Of a stretch of DNA of 40,000 nucleotides, positions 1 to 10,327 are shown in pieces (position 1 is the stretch's first letter; every line of letters starts with the position of its first letter). Made by a program: the position numbers and the translations under genes. Location of the stretch: positions 30,242-70,241 of the forward strand of contig NZ_JMCC02000022.1 in NCBI RefSeq assembly GCF_000737335.2. Reading direction: 5' to 3'. Below the pieces are notes generated by a model. It was not told the origin of the DNA. It made no database searches and saw nothing but the letters and a program-made list of their open reading frames with translations. The stretch is from Enhygromyxa salina. Lineage in GTDB: Bacteria; Myxococcota_A; Polyangia; Nannocystales; Nannocystaceae.

Positions 1-13
1 ACAGTGGTATTCG

Positions 14-2827
14 GTGTCCGAGGGCCTCCCAACCCTTCGGGGCGCTCGGGTCCGTCCCCTTGCCCATCAACTCTACGCCGCGCGCCGCGTGCTCGAGGCC
101 CATTCTCCTCGCTTCGTCCTGGCTGACGAGGTCGGGCTAGGCAAGACCATCGAGACCGGGTTGGTCATTCAGGCGCTGCTCGCTGCCGACCCAGACTTGC
201 GTGTGCTGGTCGTCGCTCCTGGCAGTATGAGTCGGCAGTGGTTGTGTGAACTCTACTTGCGCTTTGGTGGGCGTGCATTTGTACATGTTCCCGGTGACGT
301 TGTCGGGGGCCCACCTGTGGCGGAACGCCGGCGACGGCTAGCTGCCCCGCGGCTCATCGTCTCGACGACGGCGCTACTTGTCGACGAGCCGTTCCGAAAC
401 GCGCTGGTGGATCTGCCCTGGGACCTCGTGGTCATCGACGAGGCTCACCAGATTTCACCGCAGCACTCCCTGTATCCGACGCTGCGGGAACTCTCAGCCC
501 GTAGCACTGGTTTCCTGGCGCTCTCAGCAACACCGTCCAAACGAGAGGCTTGCGGCCTCACGGGCTTGCTGGCCCTCGTGGCACCCGACGCATATGCGCT
601 GGACGACGGGGACGCGCTCGCGGCGAAGTTGAAGGATCGACGTGACATCTGGCGGGCGCTGACGTCCACCGAAGACATTCTGGGCGCGGCCCGAAACTCC
701 GAGGATGGAGCGCCCGACCAAGAGACCATCGAGTTCCTCGTCGATGACTGGAACGGCGTGCTGCCGGAAGAGCCAGAGGTCGCGCGGATGTTGAGTCGGG
801 CCCGAGACGGCGAGGTCGAGGCGCTGGACGAACTCGTCGCCTATGTCCAGGAGCACTATCGGATCGATCATCGTATCGTGCGCACGCGTCGCCGAACGCT
901 CGGCGTCCTGGGCACGCGCTTCGCTCGTCGGCAGTTGAAGTACCTCGAGTACGAGCCCTCTGCGCCCGAGATCCTGCTGGCCCAGCACATGGACAAGCTG
1001 GCCACACCGGAGGCCCAGACCGCAGCTCAGACTCTGCTTCGTATCTTGTTCTGGCGAGGGCTGTGTGCCACGGCCAAGACCTTCATCGAGTTGATCGAAG
1101 GGCGCGTTAGTGCACTTGAACAGGACGAGCATCACGACACCGATGCGTGCGCCCACGCGCTGACATCCGACCCCGGGCCAGGAGAACAAGAACAACTCGA
1201 GCATTTGCTTGTCATGCACACTCCCGCGCTACCCGAAGAGCGCGCGTGGCTGGAAGCGGCTCGCGGGCTCGCGCGGGAGTGGTTGGCGGCTGGATCGGAT
1301 GCCTGTGCGCGGCATCGCGACGTGATGAAGTGGCTCGGCGAACTTTTGACGACCTCACCGAACGCAAAGGTCCTCGTGTTTGCTCAGGACCGTTCTACCG
1401 TGTGCGAATTTGTCGAAGTGCTGCGAGCCCATCACCCGCAATGGGGCGCGGAGGCATTCCATCACGCATTGGATGATCGAGAACTCGAGGAAGCGGCGCA
1501 TCGTTTTCAGCGACTTTCGCGGCACAGGATCCTGGTCAGTGACGAACTCGGTGGCGAGGGACGGAATTTCCAGATGGCAGCGTGTGTGGTTCACCTGGAT
1601 ACACCGTTGTCGGTCGGCCGTGTTGAGCAGCGGATCGGCCGACTCGACAGGATGGGTCGCGAGCCGGATTGCCCAGTGACGTCCATCGTCGTTCGCGGGC
1701 CCAGCCGTGTGGAGCGGGCACTACAAGACATGCACGAGTCGGCATTTCGCGTCTTCACCGACTCGGTGGGCGGCCTGGAGTTCGTCCTGCCCCGGCTCCA
1801 AAACATGATGTACGCGGCGATCGGCAAGGGCGAGGACCTCGCCGAGATTACTCGGCAGATGAAGTCCGAAGTCGACTCGACCCTGGCCGAAGTCGACGAA
1901 GACTTTGAGTTGTCCTTGGATTCGTCGAGGAAGCAGCTCGAGCAGGCCCGGGAACTCGCCGAGATCTTTGAGGAGTCCGCCGACGACGGCGAGGAGCGCA
2001 AAGTGAGGCACTGGCTCGGAACGCTCGGAGTCGATCCTGGGCGTGACCGGCGCAAAATCAGGTTCAAGTGGACGGCAGAGACGCTGAGCGAGCCACTCTT
2101 GGGCTTCGACGCCGGCGATGGAAGCACACCTTTTGGCACTTTCGATCGCTCGGCCGCGCTCGCGGACGAGTCACTGCACTACTTCGCTCCGGGACACAAG
2201 CTCGTCGATGCCGCGCTAGCTGCTCTGTCCTCCAGCCGCCATGGCCGAGCGACGATGCTTCGCCGTGAGTTGGGCTCGCTACACCAAAACCAGATGTTCA
2301 TCGTGCTCTTGGGGACCAGCCGCTTGGACGAGAGCGACTGGGAGGGCGAGGGCATCCCCACCGGACTCCAGACCAAGGCACATCGCTTTTTGTGGCCCTC
2401 TTCCGAGATCACCTGTGTGCGAATCAGCGTCGACGTGGACGAGGAGCCCGAGATGGTGAGGGATCACGAGCTTCGCCAACGGCTGATTCGAATCTACGAG
2501 AGGGATACCGGCGATCGCGAGTTCACGGTCGATGAACTGCTCGAGGCCGTCTCGTCGCCGGGTCCATTGTGGACGGCCGTGCGAGGGGCGGTGTCCACCG
2601 GACTGGACGAGCTCAATCGAAATCTCGAGAGTCTCCGGGATGAGGCAGCCCAAGAGTTGGCCGAGATGATGAGCATGGAGATGGGCTATCTCCGCAACCA
2701 GATCCGCTTGGGGCTGCTCGACGCCCGTGACGCCCACCACGGACTGCAGCAGCGTGAGCGCTTGCTGCAGAGCGTCCGCCGGGCACGGATCGAACTCGAG
2801 AGCATCGCGCTGGTATTGGGCCGATAA
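14..2827 (+). CDS. SNF2/RapA-like SF2 helicase in the DpdE position of the Dpd-like island; the N-terminus may lie upstream of the window
   Basis: 937-aa ORF. Motif I ADEVGLGKT is at nt 134-148 and motif II VVIDEAHQ at nt 431-448. C-terminal motifs SDELGGEGRNFQ and VEQRIGRLDRMGR (QRxGRxxR) are present. The frame has no stop between nt 2 and the GTG at 14, so the true start may be outside the window. Stop TAA at 2825-2827 lies 1 nt before the next ATG. Confidence 0.85.
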   Translation: MSEGLPTLRGARVRPLAHQLYAARRVLEAHSPRFVLADEVGLGKTIETGLVIQALLAADPDLRVLVVAPGSMSRQWLCELYLRFGGRAFVHVPGDVVGGPPVAERRRRLAAPRLIVSTTALLVDEPFRNALVDLPWDLVVIDEAHQISPQHSLYPTLRELSARSTGFLALSATPSKREACGLTGLLALVAPDAYALDDGDALAAKLKDRRDIWRALTSTEDILGAARNSEDGAPDQETIEFLVDDWNGVLPEEPEVARMLSRARDGEVEALDELVAYVQEHYRIDHRIVRTRRRTLGVLGTRFARRQLKYLEYEPSAPEILLAQHMDKLATPEAQTAAQTLLRILFWRGLCATAKTFIELIEGRVSALEQDEHHDTDACAHALTSDPGPGEQEQLEHLLVMHTPALPEERAWLEAARGLAREWLAAGSDACARHRDVMKWLGELLTTSPNAKVLVFAQDRSTVCEFVEVLRAHHPQWGAEAFHHALDDRELEEAAHRFQRLSRHRILVSDELGGEGRNFQMAACVVHLDTPLSVGRVEQRIGRLDRMGREPDCPVTSIVVRGPSRVERALQDMHESAFRVFTDSVGGLEFVLPRLQNMMYAAIGKGEDLAEITRQMKSEVDSTLAEVDEDFELSLDSSRKQLEQARELAEIFEESADDGEERKVRHWLGTLGVDPGRDRRKIRFKWTAETLSEPLLGFDAGDGSTPFGTFDRSAALADESLHYFAPGHKLVDAALAALSSSRHGRATMLRRELGSLHQNQMFIVLLGTSRLDESDWEGEGIPTGLQTKAHRFLWPSSEITCVRISVDVDEEPEMVRDHELRQRLIRIYERDTGDREFTVDELLEAVSSPGPLWTAVRGAVSTGLDELNRNLESLRDEAAQELAEMMSMEMGYLRNQIRLGLLDARDAHHGLQQRERLLQSVRRARIELESIALVLGR

Positions 2828-2828
2828 C

Positions 2829-5414
2829 ATGCGCCGCGACTGGTACGTCTTCGACTCGTTGTCCGACCTGCTCGACGCTCTGCATCGTGGCTGGCATCGT
2901 GGACCTCCCGAGGATCCGTCCACCCAGTGGCTGGATGCCGCGGTCGAGCGTGCCTGGTTCGCTTTCGCAGCCAGTGACGGGGTCGATCGTCTTGTCTGGC
3001 TCCGGGAGCTGGCTCGTCTGCATGGGGGCACTCTCGAGCTTGCAGTGGGCTTGATTGATCCCGTTGACGCCAAGTTGCTCGCACGCTTCGGGCTGCGCTC
3101 GAGTGTAGTGCAAGAGCACCTCGTGTGGCGGATCATGGATGCGGCCGAGGCCGCGCTGCCGGCTCGGCTGCGCGACCAACTCGCCGTGAGCCTGCCGGTG
3201 GATCCGCACCCTCGACGTGTGTCCCTCGAGGAGCCGCCGGACGGGGTATTGCTGCGCTGCTCGTCGCACGAGCAGTACCGAACCACGACACAGAAATCCG
3301 CAGTGCGTGCGTTGTGCACGATGCCGGCCGGGAAGAGCCTTCTGATCACGATGCCCACGGGCAGCGGCAAGAGTCTGTTGTTTCAGCTGGGTGTTCGGTG
3401 GTGGAACGAGCTCGCCAGCGGTCGAGAGCGCGCCTGCGTGCTCGTCATCGTACCCACGGTCGCGCTCGCGCTTGCGCACGAACACACGTTGCGACGCATC
3501 GAAGGGCTCGAAGGTAGTCAGGCGCTGACCGGTGCCCTATCGGGTCAGGAGCGCGACGAGCTGTTCCTACGTTTTCGCCGTGGAGAAGTCCCGATTCTTC
3601 TTGCAGCGCCCGAGTCCGCGCTGGGCTCGGCCCGGTCGGATCTGCAACGCGTTGCCGCGAGCCTGAGCGACCGCCCACTGGCAGAGCGCGGGCGTCTGGC
3701 CGCAGTGTTCGTGGACGAGGCACACATCATCCACAGCTGGGGGCGGAGCTTTCGACCAGACTTTCAGCGCCTCCCCGGTCTGGTTGAGCGCTTGCGGGCG
3801 AGCAATCCCTCGCTGCGTACGGTGCTGCTCTCGGCGACCGTCGGTCGAGAGGCCAAGCAACTGCTCCGTCGACAGTATGCGAAGGATCTGGAGATGCTCG
3901 AGGTCGCTGCCCAAGCGCCGCGAACCGAGCTGGATTTGTGCATCCACCACTTCGACGACGCCGGGGAGCGCGATGGTGCGGTCATCGACCTCGTTGACCT
4001 GTTCCCGCGGCCGATGCTGCTCTACACGACCGAAGTGGACGATGCCGAGCGGATTCACGCTGCACTATCGGCCCGGGGCTATCAACGTCTCGCCTGCTTC
4101 ACCGGAAACACGGGTCCGCGCGAGCGCCAAGCCATCATCGACGGTTGGCAAGCGAGGAGCATCGACCTCGTCGTTGCAACCTCGGCTTTCGGCATGGGCA
4201 TCGACAAGTCCGATGTGCGCGCCGTCGTCCATGCGTGCCTGCCCGAGGACGCGGCTCGGCTGTACCAGGAGATCGGACGTGCCGGCCGCGATGGACACCA
4301 GGCCCTCGCGGTGGTGCTCTCGAGCCAACAAGACGAGGTGCTCGCCGTGCGCATGGGAACAGGGCAGGTGCTGTCGGTCGTCAAAGCCAAGGAGCGCTGG
4401 ATGTCGCTTCTGGAGCAGGCCCGACGCGACGGGCCGATCTCGGCGGAGACGTTCGAGGTCAGCCTCGACGCGGAGCTCGAGCGTCTGCCTCCGCGCACCG
4501 GTCAGCACCATATGAACTGGAACAGGGCGCTGCTCGTCCAGCTGCAGCGCTACGGGGCCTTGAAAGTGCTCGCCGTCGACGACACCCGCGACCGCTGGAC
4601 GCTGCGCATGCTCGAGCCCGGCCTGCTCGATAGCGACACCGCGGCGCAACTCGTCGAGCAATATCTCGCCGCTCGGAGCAAAGAAACCCGTGCCGCGCAT
4701 CGGCGGGTCGACGCGCTCCTGCAGCTCGTGCGGGCGACCCAACTCGTCGGCGACAACACGGATGCTGCCGAGGACGAAGTGGAGGTCGCCGAGGATCCGC
4801 TCTTGGACTATAGCTGCCTCATGCTTGCGCTGTTCGAGCAGGTCGAGGATTCGCTCGAGATTCAAGAGCCTTGCGGGCGATGCATGTGTTGTCGGAAATG
4901 GAAGCAACAGCCGCCTGGCCGTGTGCGCCACCAGGGGGGCACGGCGGTCTGGACCACGCCGACGGTCGGTGATGACCCCTGGGCCGGAGCACGCGTGGCG
5001 TTTGCTCGAGACCCGGAGTATCGCGATCTGAACAATGTGATTCGGGATTTGGTGCGGGTCGGCTTTCAGCAATTCATCGTGCCGGACGGACGAGCCATGG
5101 ACACCGCGCGCGTGCTGGCTGAGTACGCGGGACATCCAGGCCTGGTTCTGGAGGCTCAGCAGATATTGACGGACGCGTGGCGGGCGATGCCGATCGCAAC
5201 CGTGCTGTTCTTCGATCCCACGCTTGGAGAACGCGCGCGCACGATCCTCTACACGCGGACCCGCGATCACGTCCTGGCGACCCCACGCGTTGGGTTGCTG
5301 TTCGTTGCCCCGCACGATTTACAGCTTCAGGGCAAGCGGTTGAGCGCGATCGCTTCCGCCCACGGACCTATGGACATCGAAGATCTCGTCTATCATTCGG
5401 GAGCCCATTCATGA
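2829..5414 (+). CDS. RecQ-family-like DEAH helicase in the DpdF position
   Basis: Motif I MPTGSGKSLLFQL starts at nt 3351. Motif II and the RecQ signature FVDEAHIIHSWGRSFRPDF follow. Motifs V/VI read ATSAFGMGIDKSDVRAVVHACLPEDAARLYQEIGRAGRDG. A Cys cluster CGRCMCCRKW lies near the C-terminus. I chose ATG 2829 (MRRDWYVF...) over the track start 2727, which overlaps the upstream gene by 100 nt. Confidence 0.85.
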   Translation: MRRDWYVFDSLSDLLDALHRGWHRGPPEDPSTQWLDAAVERAWFAFAASDGVDRLVWLRELARLHGGTLELAVGLIDPVDAKLLARFGLRSSVVQEHLVWRIMDAAEAALPARLRDQLAVSLPVDPHPRRVSLEEPPDGVLLRCSSHEQYRTTTQKSAVRALCTMPAGKSLLITMPTGSGKSLLFQLGVRWWNELASGRERACVLVIVPTVALALAHEHTLRRIEGLEGSQALTGALSGQERDELFLRFRRGEVPILLAAPESALGSARSDLQRVAASLSDRPLAERGRLAAVFVDEAHIIHSWGRSFRPDFQRLPGLVERLRASNPSLRTVLLSATVGREAKQLLRRQYAKDLEMLEVAAQAPRTELDLCIHHFDDAGERDGAVIDLVDLFPRPMLLYTTEVDDAERIHAALSARGYQRLACFTGNTGPRERQAIIDGWQARSIDLVVATSAFGMGIDKSDVRAVVHACLPEDAARLYQEIGRAGRDGHQALAVVLSSQQDEVLAVRMGTGQVLSVVKAKERWMSLLEQARRDGPISAETFEVSLDAELERLPPRTGQHHMNWNRALLVQLQRYGALKVLAVDDTRDRWTLRMLEPGLLDSDTAAQLVEQYLAARSKETRAAHRRVDALLQLVRATQLVGDNTDAAEDEVEVAEDPLLDYSCLMLALFEQVEDSLEIQEPCGRCMCCRKWKQQPPGRVRHQGGTAVWTTPTVGDDPWAGARVAFARDPEYRDLNNVIRDLVRVGFQQFIVPDGRAMDTARVLAEYAGHPGLVLEAQQILTDAWRAMPIATVLFFDPTLGERARTILYTRTRDHVLATPRVGLLFVAPHDLQLQGKRLSAIASAHGPMDIEDLVYHSGAHS

Positions 5415-6313
5415 GCCTCCTGTCGGACACCCAAGGTCGCCCCGAACCCGTGAGGTCGCTGTTGCGGTTGCTCGACGCTCTGGGAGGGCGAGCGACGCGT
5501 GACGAGGTCGACACCTGGATGATGCCTGCATCATTCCGAAAGCACGGGGAGCGCAGCCTCTCGCAGGTGAGCCAGACGGTCGGCTGTGCGCGCAGTCTCG
5601 GCCTGGTCGAAGACGATGGGGATGCTCTCGTGCTCAGCGTGGACCCAGCGCCGAACGGCATGGAGGCGTTTTTGGACCTCGTCCACGCGCGACTGTGCGA
5701 TCCGCAAAACGAGGCGGACGACGTCTTGTTCAGGGCCTACGCCTGCGTGGTACTCGAGACGGAACGGACGGGCAACACCGACTGGTTGGCCCAGTCGAGC
5801 GCCGCGATCGCCACCTCCATCAACAGGATCCTCGCGCACGGCGAGAGCGGTGCCCAGCGTGTCTTCAACAATACCAAGGCCCCGGCATGGCGTGCGTGGA
5901 TGGTCGCGCTCGGCCTCGCCATCGAGGGCGGCAACACGCTACCGTATCTGTTTCCACAGCCAGCACAGCGCCTCATCCGGGAGTTGCCTGCCATCGCCGA
6001 CGCGCACGGGCGCGGGGTAGAGATCCCAGCTGCGACGTTCATGGCCGAGATGGGCCGGCGCATGCCTTATCTCGACGGTGGTCAGGTTTACGCGCGCGTC
6101 GCCGCGCAGTTCGCCGAGGTGCACAGTTGGCGTTTGCGGGCGGGCTGGGTAACGACCGTCGTCAGCGAGGCGCTGCGAGATCTTCATGACGAAGGCACCA
6201 TCGAGTTGGTCGCACGAGCCGATGCGGCGGACGCCCTGAGCCTGCATCGCGAGATCGGCAGTTCGCTGCGTTCCTTCGTCGGTGTCATCGTTCGAGATGA
6301 GGCAGACCAATGA
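5411..6313 (+). CDS. Hypothetical 300-aa protein in the DpdG position; the N-terminal region may be wHTH-like
   Basis: ATG 5411 overlaps the upstream stop (ATGA at 5411-5414), and its own stop overlaps the next start (ATGA at 6310-6313). I recognised no catalytic motif. The assignment rests on position only. Confidence 0.6.
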   Translation: MSLLSDTQGRPEPVRSLLRLLDALGGRATRDEVDTWMMPASFRKHGERSLSQVSQTVGCARSLGLVEDDGDALVLSVDPAPNGMEAFLDLVHARLCDPQNEADDVLFRAYACVVLETERTGNTDWLAQSSAAIATSINRILAHGESGAQRVFNNTKAPAWRAWMVALGLAIEGGNTLPYLFPQPAQRLIRELPAIADAHGRGVEIPAATFMAEMGRRMPYLDGGQVYARVAAQFAEVHSWRLRAGWVTTVVSEALRDLHDEGTIELVARADAADALSLHREIGSSLRSFVGVIVRDEADQ

Positions 6314-9300
6314 GCTTTCGCAACTACGCGTGCTGGAAAGTCGATGACGCGACAGCAATGCTCCGCACCGAGGCTCTCGAGAGCTCTCGGGCGGTGTTCA
6401 TGGCCGTCCACTCGCCTATCCGCGATTTTCAGGTCGAGGGCGTGCTGGCGGGACTCCTCGATGAACGCAGCGAGACGGGGCTGTTGGATGCGCTCACGCG
6501 CCCGGACCACCGTCACCTGTTTTGTGTGGTCCAGGGTGAGCCTGGCTCGGGCAAGTCACATCTCATCCGTTGGCTGCGCTTTTGCTGGGAGAAACAGCGC
6601 AAGCAAGACCTGGTCTTGATGGTCCCCCGCAGCAACGGGAGTCTCGAGGGCGCCCTTCGGCACATGAAAGAGCGGCTCCCGGACCGCTACCAACATCTGT
6701 TTGCGGGTCTCGGTCAGGTGCAGAACACCACCTTGCAGGGCCGCGCGCGCGACTTCCACAGCAAGTTGGCCAACAGCCTCAGCCCCAACTACTTCTCCGG
6801 GGAGGCACCTGAACATGCCGAGTGGGCAGAGAAAAATCAGCTGAGTCGCCTCATCGGCCACCACCAAGTGATCGAGCAGTGGTCGGCTCCCCGGCGGATA
6901 CTCGAGACCCTCTCTGGTGGCTCGGAGCGCAACTCCCGGGTCGAGTCGTTCACGCTGCGAGACGTCCACGAACTCGCGCTGCTGCTTCGCTCTGTGCGGG
7001 ATCGGACGATCGGCCCCAAAGCCCTGCAGGCGCGCCGAAAATTCGAGCTGGAGTCTGCACAACTTGGCCCGCTCTTGGACCAGAATCTGGACGGATCCGT
7101 CGACGCGGCAGCGGCCCTCGCGGTTGCGCCCATGCTCGTTCGCCTGCGGGAAGCCCTGGATGCACGCTTTAATGCCGTCGTCCAGGATCTGGTCGGGGTT
7201 GGCCGCGATGGTTTGGTGCGAGCCTTTCGCCAGTTGCGCAAGCATCTCGCCAAGAGTGGTCAGCGACTCGTCTTGCTGCTTGAAGACATCACCAGCTTTC
7301 AGGGCGTGGACAAGCAGTTGCTCGATGTGCTCGTCGCCAAGAGCGAGACCGAGGAACACGGCGGGGAGCTGTGTGATCTGCTCAGCGTGGTGGGCATCAC
7401 GACGGACTTCTTCGATCAATCGATGCGAAGCTACGGCAACCTGCGAGAGCGCGTCTCGCTGCATGTGTATCTGGGCGACGCAACGGCCGGCCAGGCAGCG
7501 CAGAGCCTCTCGCTCACGGACTCTAGTGGTCGCCAGCGCTTCGCTATCCACTACCTGCGAGCCGTGCGGGCGGGAATCGACACGATCGAGCGCTGGGAGC
7601 AGAGCGGTCACGGAAAGCCGACCAACGCCTGCGTGGCCTGTCCACACCGCGGTCCCTGCCATCGTGCATTCGGCAGCGAGGACGGAGTGGGCTTTTACCC
7701 GCTCTCGCCTCGCGCCATCGATCGCATCTTCGAGTCACTGCGCGACCCCGCGGGCACCATGAGCCTGCGAACGCCCCGGGGCATGGTCCAAAATGTATTG
7801 TCCCCGCTGCTGCTGCACCCCGAGCGGCTGGAGAGGGGCGAGTATCCCCCGGCGAACCTCGAGGGCACCTACTTGCCCAAAGATGAGGGCTATCTGCTCG
7901 GACAAGTCGAGCGGATCCCGGCGATGTTGGACGACCCCGCCGATAGCGAACGCATGCGTCGCTTCATCGCGTGGTGGTCGTCCAGGGATCCTGGGGCACA
8001 GACCAGGCGCGATGCCCAGGGGCGACTGCTGTTTGCGGAGATCGCCAAGGAAGCCTACGAGGCCTTCGATCTGTGCTGGCCGGGTGAGCCCGTCGAGACC
8101 GAAGGAGAGGAACCTGACACCCCGGCTTTGATCGCGTTCGAGTCGAACGAATCTGCGCGCGCAGATGAGGTTCCCGAAGCAGACGCCGCTCCGGTTCCCT
8201 CTCCACCAGCACTTCCAAAGTCCCCGCGGGCCAAGGATGACAAGGGCACGAGCGCACCGCACAAGGTCAGCCGCACGCAGATGGACAAGCTCCGCACGGA
8301 GCTCAAAGGTTGGTTCGAGGGAGGCAGGGTGAGCGACGACAAGAAGTGGTCGTTGCTGCTGATGGAGGTTCTCAACACGCTTCCGTGGCGCAGCCTCGAC
8401 GTGCCCCACTGGCTTCAGCACAGGTTGTTCACGGACTCGACGGTCATGCTCGAGGGCTCGCGCAAGGCTAGTGTGCGGCACTTCGTGATCCCCCGAGTAG
8501 ACTGGGTTCGAGAGGGGCTGGATGGCTGGCTGGCCCTGCGAACCCAAAGTGGGGGCGAGGTCGAGTACCACCGCAAGCGCGTGGCTCGGTTTCTTCGCAG
8601 GTTGAATGGACTCGTGCTCGCCCATGTCGAGAGCAAGAGTTTGGCGGCGTCCGAGGGCGGCGTGTGGAACCCAGCCGGGACTGCCGCGCAAGCCCTGTTG
8701 GCCCGGGCCTGGCTGCAGGGCCGACTGCCAGAGGATGCGTCTTTGGCCAAGCGCTGGGAGATGATCCTGGTTGAGGATCAGGGGGCGGCGCTCAGCGCCG
8801 CCAACCATACCCCTGGGTGGCAGGAAGTGATTCGCAAGGTCGGACACTACCTGGGTGTCTTTCGGCAGTTCGTACGGGACTGGGTCCAGCTGAGCCTCAC
8901 CCCCGAGAAGGGAGACGACGGAATCGTCGATGCTGGCGCCATCGCTCCCGCGCTGGTGGCCTTTGGCCAGCGGCTCGCTCCAGATCTACCGCCACTCGAG
9001 CCCGTCCTTCCCAAGCAGCTGACCGAGTGGGTCTCAATCGCGGACGTGGGGCGAACCGTCCGCAAGATCATGCCGCTGCTTGCTCATCACGAGTTCAATC
9101 GCGTCAAGAAGGACATCGAACTTCTCGAGTTCGCATGCGATCGCCGAAGTCTCCCGCAGTACTTCGTCGAGGTCGGCCAGACGATCGAGCAACTCCGGGC
9201 GATGGACAATCGAGCACCCCAGGCTCGGATCGAGGAGTGGCATCGCGTTCGGCGCTTGCTGACAGACAAGAACATGCTCGAGCCCAGCGAGGGCAGTGGA

Positions 9301-9609
9301 CTGCGAAAGCTGGATGATTTTCTCGGCGACACCGATCCCGATGCTCGGGAGGCGTTGGAGAAGGCCGACCCCATCGACCAGTTGGCCTGGATCCTCAAGA
9401 GTCCCTACGACAACCTCGTCCTGATGGCCTCGCAGGTGGAGATCGTGCAAGCGATCCTCGTTCAGCTCTGGTCCTACGTGTCGACCCTGCTGCAGGAGTC
9501 TCCCGGCGACGACAGTGACGCCCCCGGAGCCCTCGACGCCGCAGGTACACGCCTGGGCTGCGCCGCCGAGCAACTAACCCGGGTGCTGACCAGCGAAGGG
9601 AAGTCGTGA
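6310..9609 (+). CDS. Large P-loop NTPase (1099 aa) in the DpdH position
   Basis: Walker A GEPGSGKS is at nt 6535-6558. A Walker-B-like LVLLLEDITSF lies about 250 aa downstream. There is a CxxC...C cluster (NACVACPHRGPC) and an acidic/Pro-rich linker (EPVETEGEEPDTPALIAFESNESARADEVPEADAAPVPSPPALP). It is translationally coupled on both sides. Confidence 0.7.
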   Translation: MSFRNYACWKVDDATAMLRTEALESSRAVFMAVHSPIRDFQVEGVLAGLLDERSETGLLDALTRPDHRHLFCVVQGEPGSGKSHLIRWLRFCWEKQRKQDLVLMVPRSNGSLEGALRHMKERLPDRYQHLFAGLGQVQNTTLQGRARDFHSKLANSLSPNYFSGEAPEHAEWAEKNQLSRLIGHHQVIEQWSAPRRILETLSGGSERNSRVESFTLRDVHELALLLRSVRDRTIGPKALQARRKFELESAQLGPLLDQNLDGSVDAAAALAVAPMLVRLREALDARFNAVVQDLVGVGRDGLVRAFRQLRKHLAKSGQRLVLLLEDITSFQGVDKQLLDVLVAKSETEEHGGELCDLLSVVGITTDFFDQSMRSYGNLRERVSLHVYLGDATAGQAAQSLSLTDSSGRQRFAIHYLRAVRAGIDTIERWEQSGHGKPTNACVACPHRGPCHRAFGSEDGVGFYPLSPRAIDRIFESLRDPAGTMSLRTPRGMVQNVLSPLLLHPERLERGEYPPANLEGTYLPKDEGYLLGQVERIPAMLDDPADSERMRRFIAWWSSRDPGAQTRRDAQGRLLFAEIAKEAYEAFDLCWPGEPVETEGEEPDTPALIAFESNESARADEVPEADAAPVPSPPALPKSPRAKDDKGTSAPHKVSRTQMDKLRTELKGWFEGGRVSDDKKWSLLLMEVLNTLPWRSLDVPHWLQHRLFTDSTVMLEGSRKASVRHFVIPRVDWVREGLDGWLALRTQSGGEVEYHRKRVARFLRRLNGLVLAHVESKSLAASEGGVWNPAGTAAQALLARAWLQGRLPEDASLAKRWEMILVEDQGAALSAANHTPGWQEVIRKVGHYLGVFRQFVRDWVQLSLTPEKGDDGIVDAGAIAPALVAFGQRLAPDLPPLEPVLPKQLTEWVSIADVGRTVRKIMPLLAHHEFNRVKKDIELLEFACDRRSLPQYFVEVGQTIEQLRAMDNRAPQARIEEWHRVRRLLTDKNMLEPSEGSGLRKLDDFLGDTDPDAREALEKADPIDQLAWILKSPYDNLVLMASQVEIVQAILVQLWSYVSTLLQESPGDDSDAPGALDAAGTRLGCAAEQLTRVLTSEGKS

Positions 9610-10319
9610 TGGCCGAGCCTGAGACCCTCTCACCCTTGCGCTCCTTGCAGGCGGCCGTGCAGGACGGCCGACTTGCGGCCGCGGTTCGCCGCCGAGAACA
9701 CGGCGCCGCTCTCGACAAGGCGTCGCGTGCCTTGGCGAGTTTCGGGGGGTCTGTTGATCGGATCGAGGAGCTGGTTCGCGTCGCGGCCACGGTCGTTACG
9801 CACATCGATGAAAACAGTCAGATCGTGCTGCGTAGCAAGCTCGACACGCTCGCGCAGAAGAGCCACACCCTCGTCGGCGAGATCACCACGGAGATCCTCG
9901 ACAATTCTTGGCGGCAGCTGGAAGAGATCGACGGCCTGACTAAAGACATCAGCATGCAACTGCAGCGAGCCTGGAACAGCCTGATCCAGGCCGAGTTCGC
10001 AACCCTCGCGCAACTCGGTGGTGCTTTGAAGATGATGAAGGCCGAGACCGAATTGGGTGAACGCATGCGAGTCATTGCCCATGACGCGTTAGCACTTGGA
10101 AGCCAGTTTCCCCCGAGCGAGACGGCACTGGAGGCACTGGCCAAGCACACTCAGGCCCGGAACGAGGTGCGCGACAGGTTATCGAAGTCCGGATCGGGGA
10201 TCAGCTCGTTTCTGCTCAAGGTCGCCGAAGGTCAGGCGACGCTGGCCGATTTGGATCAGGAGACGCTGGATTGGCTGCGCAAGCAGGGGGCCATGCAAGC
10301 GTTCGCGGTCCGCCTGTGA
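9606..10319 (+). CDS. Hypothetical 237-aa protein, predicted all-helical or coiled-coil, in the DpdI position
   Basis: Start is GTG 9606 or ATG 9609, overlapping the upstream TGA at 9607-9609. The composition is heptad-like and helical, with no recognisable motif. It is the last gene of the plus-strand operon, and its stop lies 8 nt from the stop of the convergent gene. Confidence 0.55.
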   Translation: MMAEPETLSPLRSLQAAVQDGRLAAAVRRREHGAALDKASRALASFGGSVDRIEELVRVAATVVTHIDENSQIVLRSKLDTLAQKSHTLVGEITTEILDNSWRQLEEIDGLTKDISMQLQRAWNSLIQAEFATLAQLGGALKMMKAETELGERMRVIAHDALALGSQFPPSETALEALAKHTQARNEVRDRLSKSGSGISSFLLKVAEGQATLADLDQETLDWLRKQGAMQAFAVRL

Positions 10320-10327
10320 GGGGCGGC

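Noticed and set aside
2727-2828. Upstream extensions given by the ORF track (2727 for the RecQ-like gene; also 5177, 19653, 20903, 29612 and 31203 for later genes)
   Set aside because: Each extension overlaps the preceding gene by 60-600 nt and encodes Arg/Ser/Pro-rich sequence. Internal ATG or GTG starts that sit exactly at or next to the upstream stop codon (2829, 5411, 20022, 20963), or behind an RBS or signal peptide (30224, 31353), give more plausible gene models.
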